Of a stretch of DNA of 64,000 bases, positions 61,871 through 64,000 are shown piece after piece; within the stretch, counting starts at the first letter, position 1, and each line of letters begins with the position of its first letter. A program made the translations under genes and the position numbers. Under the pieces are notes generated by a model, which saw only the letters and a program-made list of their open reading frames with translations, did no database searches and was not told the DNA's origin. This DNA comes from Paraspadella gotoi. Its lineage: Eukaryota; Animalia; Chaetognatha. The stretch spans positions 21,762,278 through 21,826,277 of the forward strand of contig CM119265.1 of NCBI GenBank assembly GCA_051294375.1, in the 5' to 3' direction.

Positions 61871-64000
61871 CTGATATTATTTGTAAAAAAAATATTAAAA
61901 AAATTTCTAATTATACGTTTGCACTGGACTATGCCTAAAAAAATTTCATACAGCTTATCATAAATACTAGACAATCCCAACTCACCAGGAACTAATTTTA
62001 ACTGACATTGACAGCGCCCCTGAAATGTCAAAGAACTGATGTAAATTTCGGTCTGAAACGTTCCTCTGCGCCTTCCTTTTTCTCCAACTGCTGGCGAGTC
62101 AAAAAATTACGACGTATTGGATCCGCGGGAAAAGGGCATAAGGATCTAGGTTTTCTTGCTTGACGGGAATTCCGAAAACATTTCGACTCGAATTCTTGGT
62201 CGCGATCGATCCGGGAGGTTGTGGTTGTAGAAATGGAGGGGGGGAGGTGGAGAAGAGAGTTCTCGAGAGCAAACGGAGCGGACGATCGTTCAACTCGAAT
62301 TCCTGAAGGCCAATCGAAAAGCCGAGAAGGCCACTAAAGCTTCGAAAGAAACGAGGACGAGTTTGAATCACGACCGAAAAATTCTTACTCATGCTTACAA
62401 TTAAACGCTTCGTTTAAAGAGTTACCCAATAAAGTGTTTAGTTCCAGACCCTTAAATTACTTCTTGAAGATATGAAGAGAGAATTAAAAATATAAGTGTA
62501 ACTGTAAGGTTTTATTTTATTTTAAAACGTGCTTGTCCATCAACAAAAGAATAACCAATCAAGAACTCTCGGTCCCACGCCGGCCAATATTTTCTCTCTC
62601 GAACGTCCTACACCGAAAAACGCGATGGATCCGGCCGGCCCTCGTCGTCGGGACGGACTAATCCAATTCGAAGCTTCGACTCAGTCGCCCAACTGCAGAA
62701 ACTTTTCGAGTAAAAAGAGACGAGGATTTGGTTGGATATAAAGAAATAAGTAAACGTCTGGCCGGAGTCTCTGGGCTCCCCTAATTACTTTTTATTCGAA
62801 GGAATTTCCCAGTATCCGCAAAGATCTGAGGAATCAAATTTTTGCTTTATCCAAAGTTTTATTTAAAATATGAAAACAATTTCTCATTGACTCATACAGA
62901 TTTTGGGATCGAAAAATCGATCCGTGATAATGAGTCAACATGATTTCGCGAAATATTACGTAGCGCGCCTTTCTCGTGTTTCTCGGAAATTCTCTGGCGA
63001 TGACGAGGAAAGGGAAGGGATGGTTCTAGTTATTGTTGTGACTGCCGAAGTTGGCTTCATTTACAAATTAATTTATCATTATGATTATCCTTATGTCGCG
63101 AGCTCGGACAAAGATGATGACTGGAAATTTCATAACATTAATGTTCCAAATTTATTAAAAACGACTTTATTGCTATAAACAGATGAAATATACAATCAAT
63201 CAAAGTCGAAGGGCGAAACTTTTCAACGTAATGTCATAGAAAATAGGAAGTATAATAATAAATTATGTCTAAATCTGAACTGAGCTACAAATTTTTCAAA
63301 CCCCTAAGTATAAAATGTTACTAATTAAGTTAAAAAAATTCAGATTTGTAACTCAGTAACCGTAGTAAACTAACATTTTGGTCCTTTGATGCTCAAAACG
63401 TTCAGGCATCAGTAGAACGTAATATTTGTTTAAGTACACAAATTCTCAATATGAGAAACATTCAGCAAGCACTCATTGAGTAAATGGGCTATAGTTGTAG
63501 AATGAAAAAATATGATCTGGGAGACTTCCTCAGCGATATATTAATGTAACGCCCAATTACTTTTTTTTCACAAAATGATCAAAAAGTCACTGTTTGATTG
63601 AAAACAATCATTTCAAGACATGATTCAAAAAGATATGAATGGCGATGAGGAATGCTTAGTAAAAAAATGCTTATAAAAACATTAAGAGAAAGTGATAAAG
63701 AGAGATCTGTTCGCTAATTTAGTTCCCAGAGTCCCATATAAATATTTTTATCATTTCCTAGGACTACTATTTTAATATAAAAAGAGATTCGGCTAAGAGG
63801 GACGTTTTTTTCCGTATTTCATACCAGTAGAATTAGAATATGATAACCTTCGCAACCACACTCAATGATAAGCTCGTATAAACTGGTTAAAAAGTCATAA
63901 CACATCACTTCTACGGCTACATGATTGCACTATCAGCATTGTGTAGCACCAACAGCGACCGGAAAGGGAAATGGAGGGGGGGGACGGGAATTATGCTACA

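Noticed and set aside
62040-63180. Possible further gene (GC-richer blocks, ORFs on both strands)
   Set aside because: Could not build a consistent spliced frame or recognise a product.

Overview
Intron-rich animal (invertebrate) genomic DNA with AT-rich introns, often GC-rich exons and many (AG)n tracts. The left ~35 kb is a minus-strand tandem cluster of divergent cyclic-nucleotide-binding-domain (CNBD) K+-channel-like genes. Manual splicing shows each unit encodes two consecutive [6TM + pore + C-linker + CNBD] repeats: gene B (34971-22590), gene C/D (about 19223-6097) and gene A (5419 to beyond the window start, a paralog of B). B and C/D can alternatively be joined in frame into one four-repeat CNGK/tetraKCNG-like protein. 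Pore and CNBD motifs are degenerate, and B carries two reading-frame lesions, one of which a new 53-nt intron could rescue. Introns and spacers of the cluster hold two complete ~655-bp LTR mini-retrotransposons (TRIMs) and a solo LTR. Their LTRs contain a 72-nt tRNA-like segment, all three insertions have 4-bp TSDs, and the full copies have a tRNA-Trp-like PBS and a PPT. The cluster also holds a decayed Penelope-like element with inverted hammerhead-bearing ends, further hammerhead remnants, MITEs and a nested antisense PAN/pentraxin-like gene. The right half has PAT1, a Cys-less pentameric ligand-gated ion channel, an ECE/neprilysin (M13) peptidase, tRNA-Arg(TCG), a small unannotated prohormone-like gene and an uncharacterised low-complexity protein gene. 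All gene models are manual; no database searches were run.
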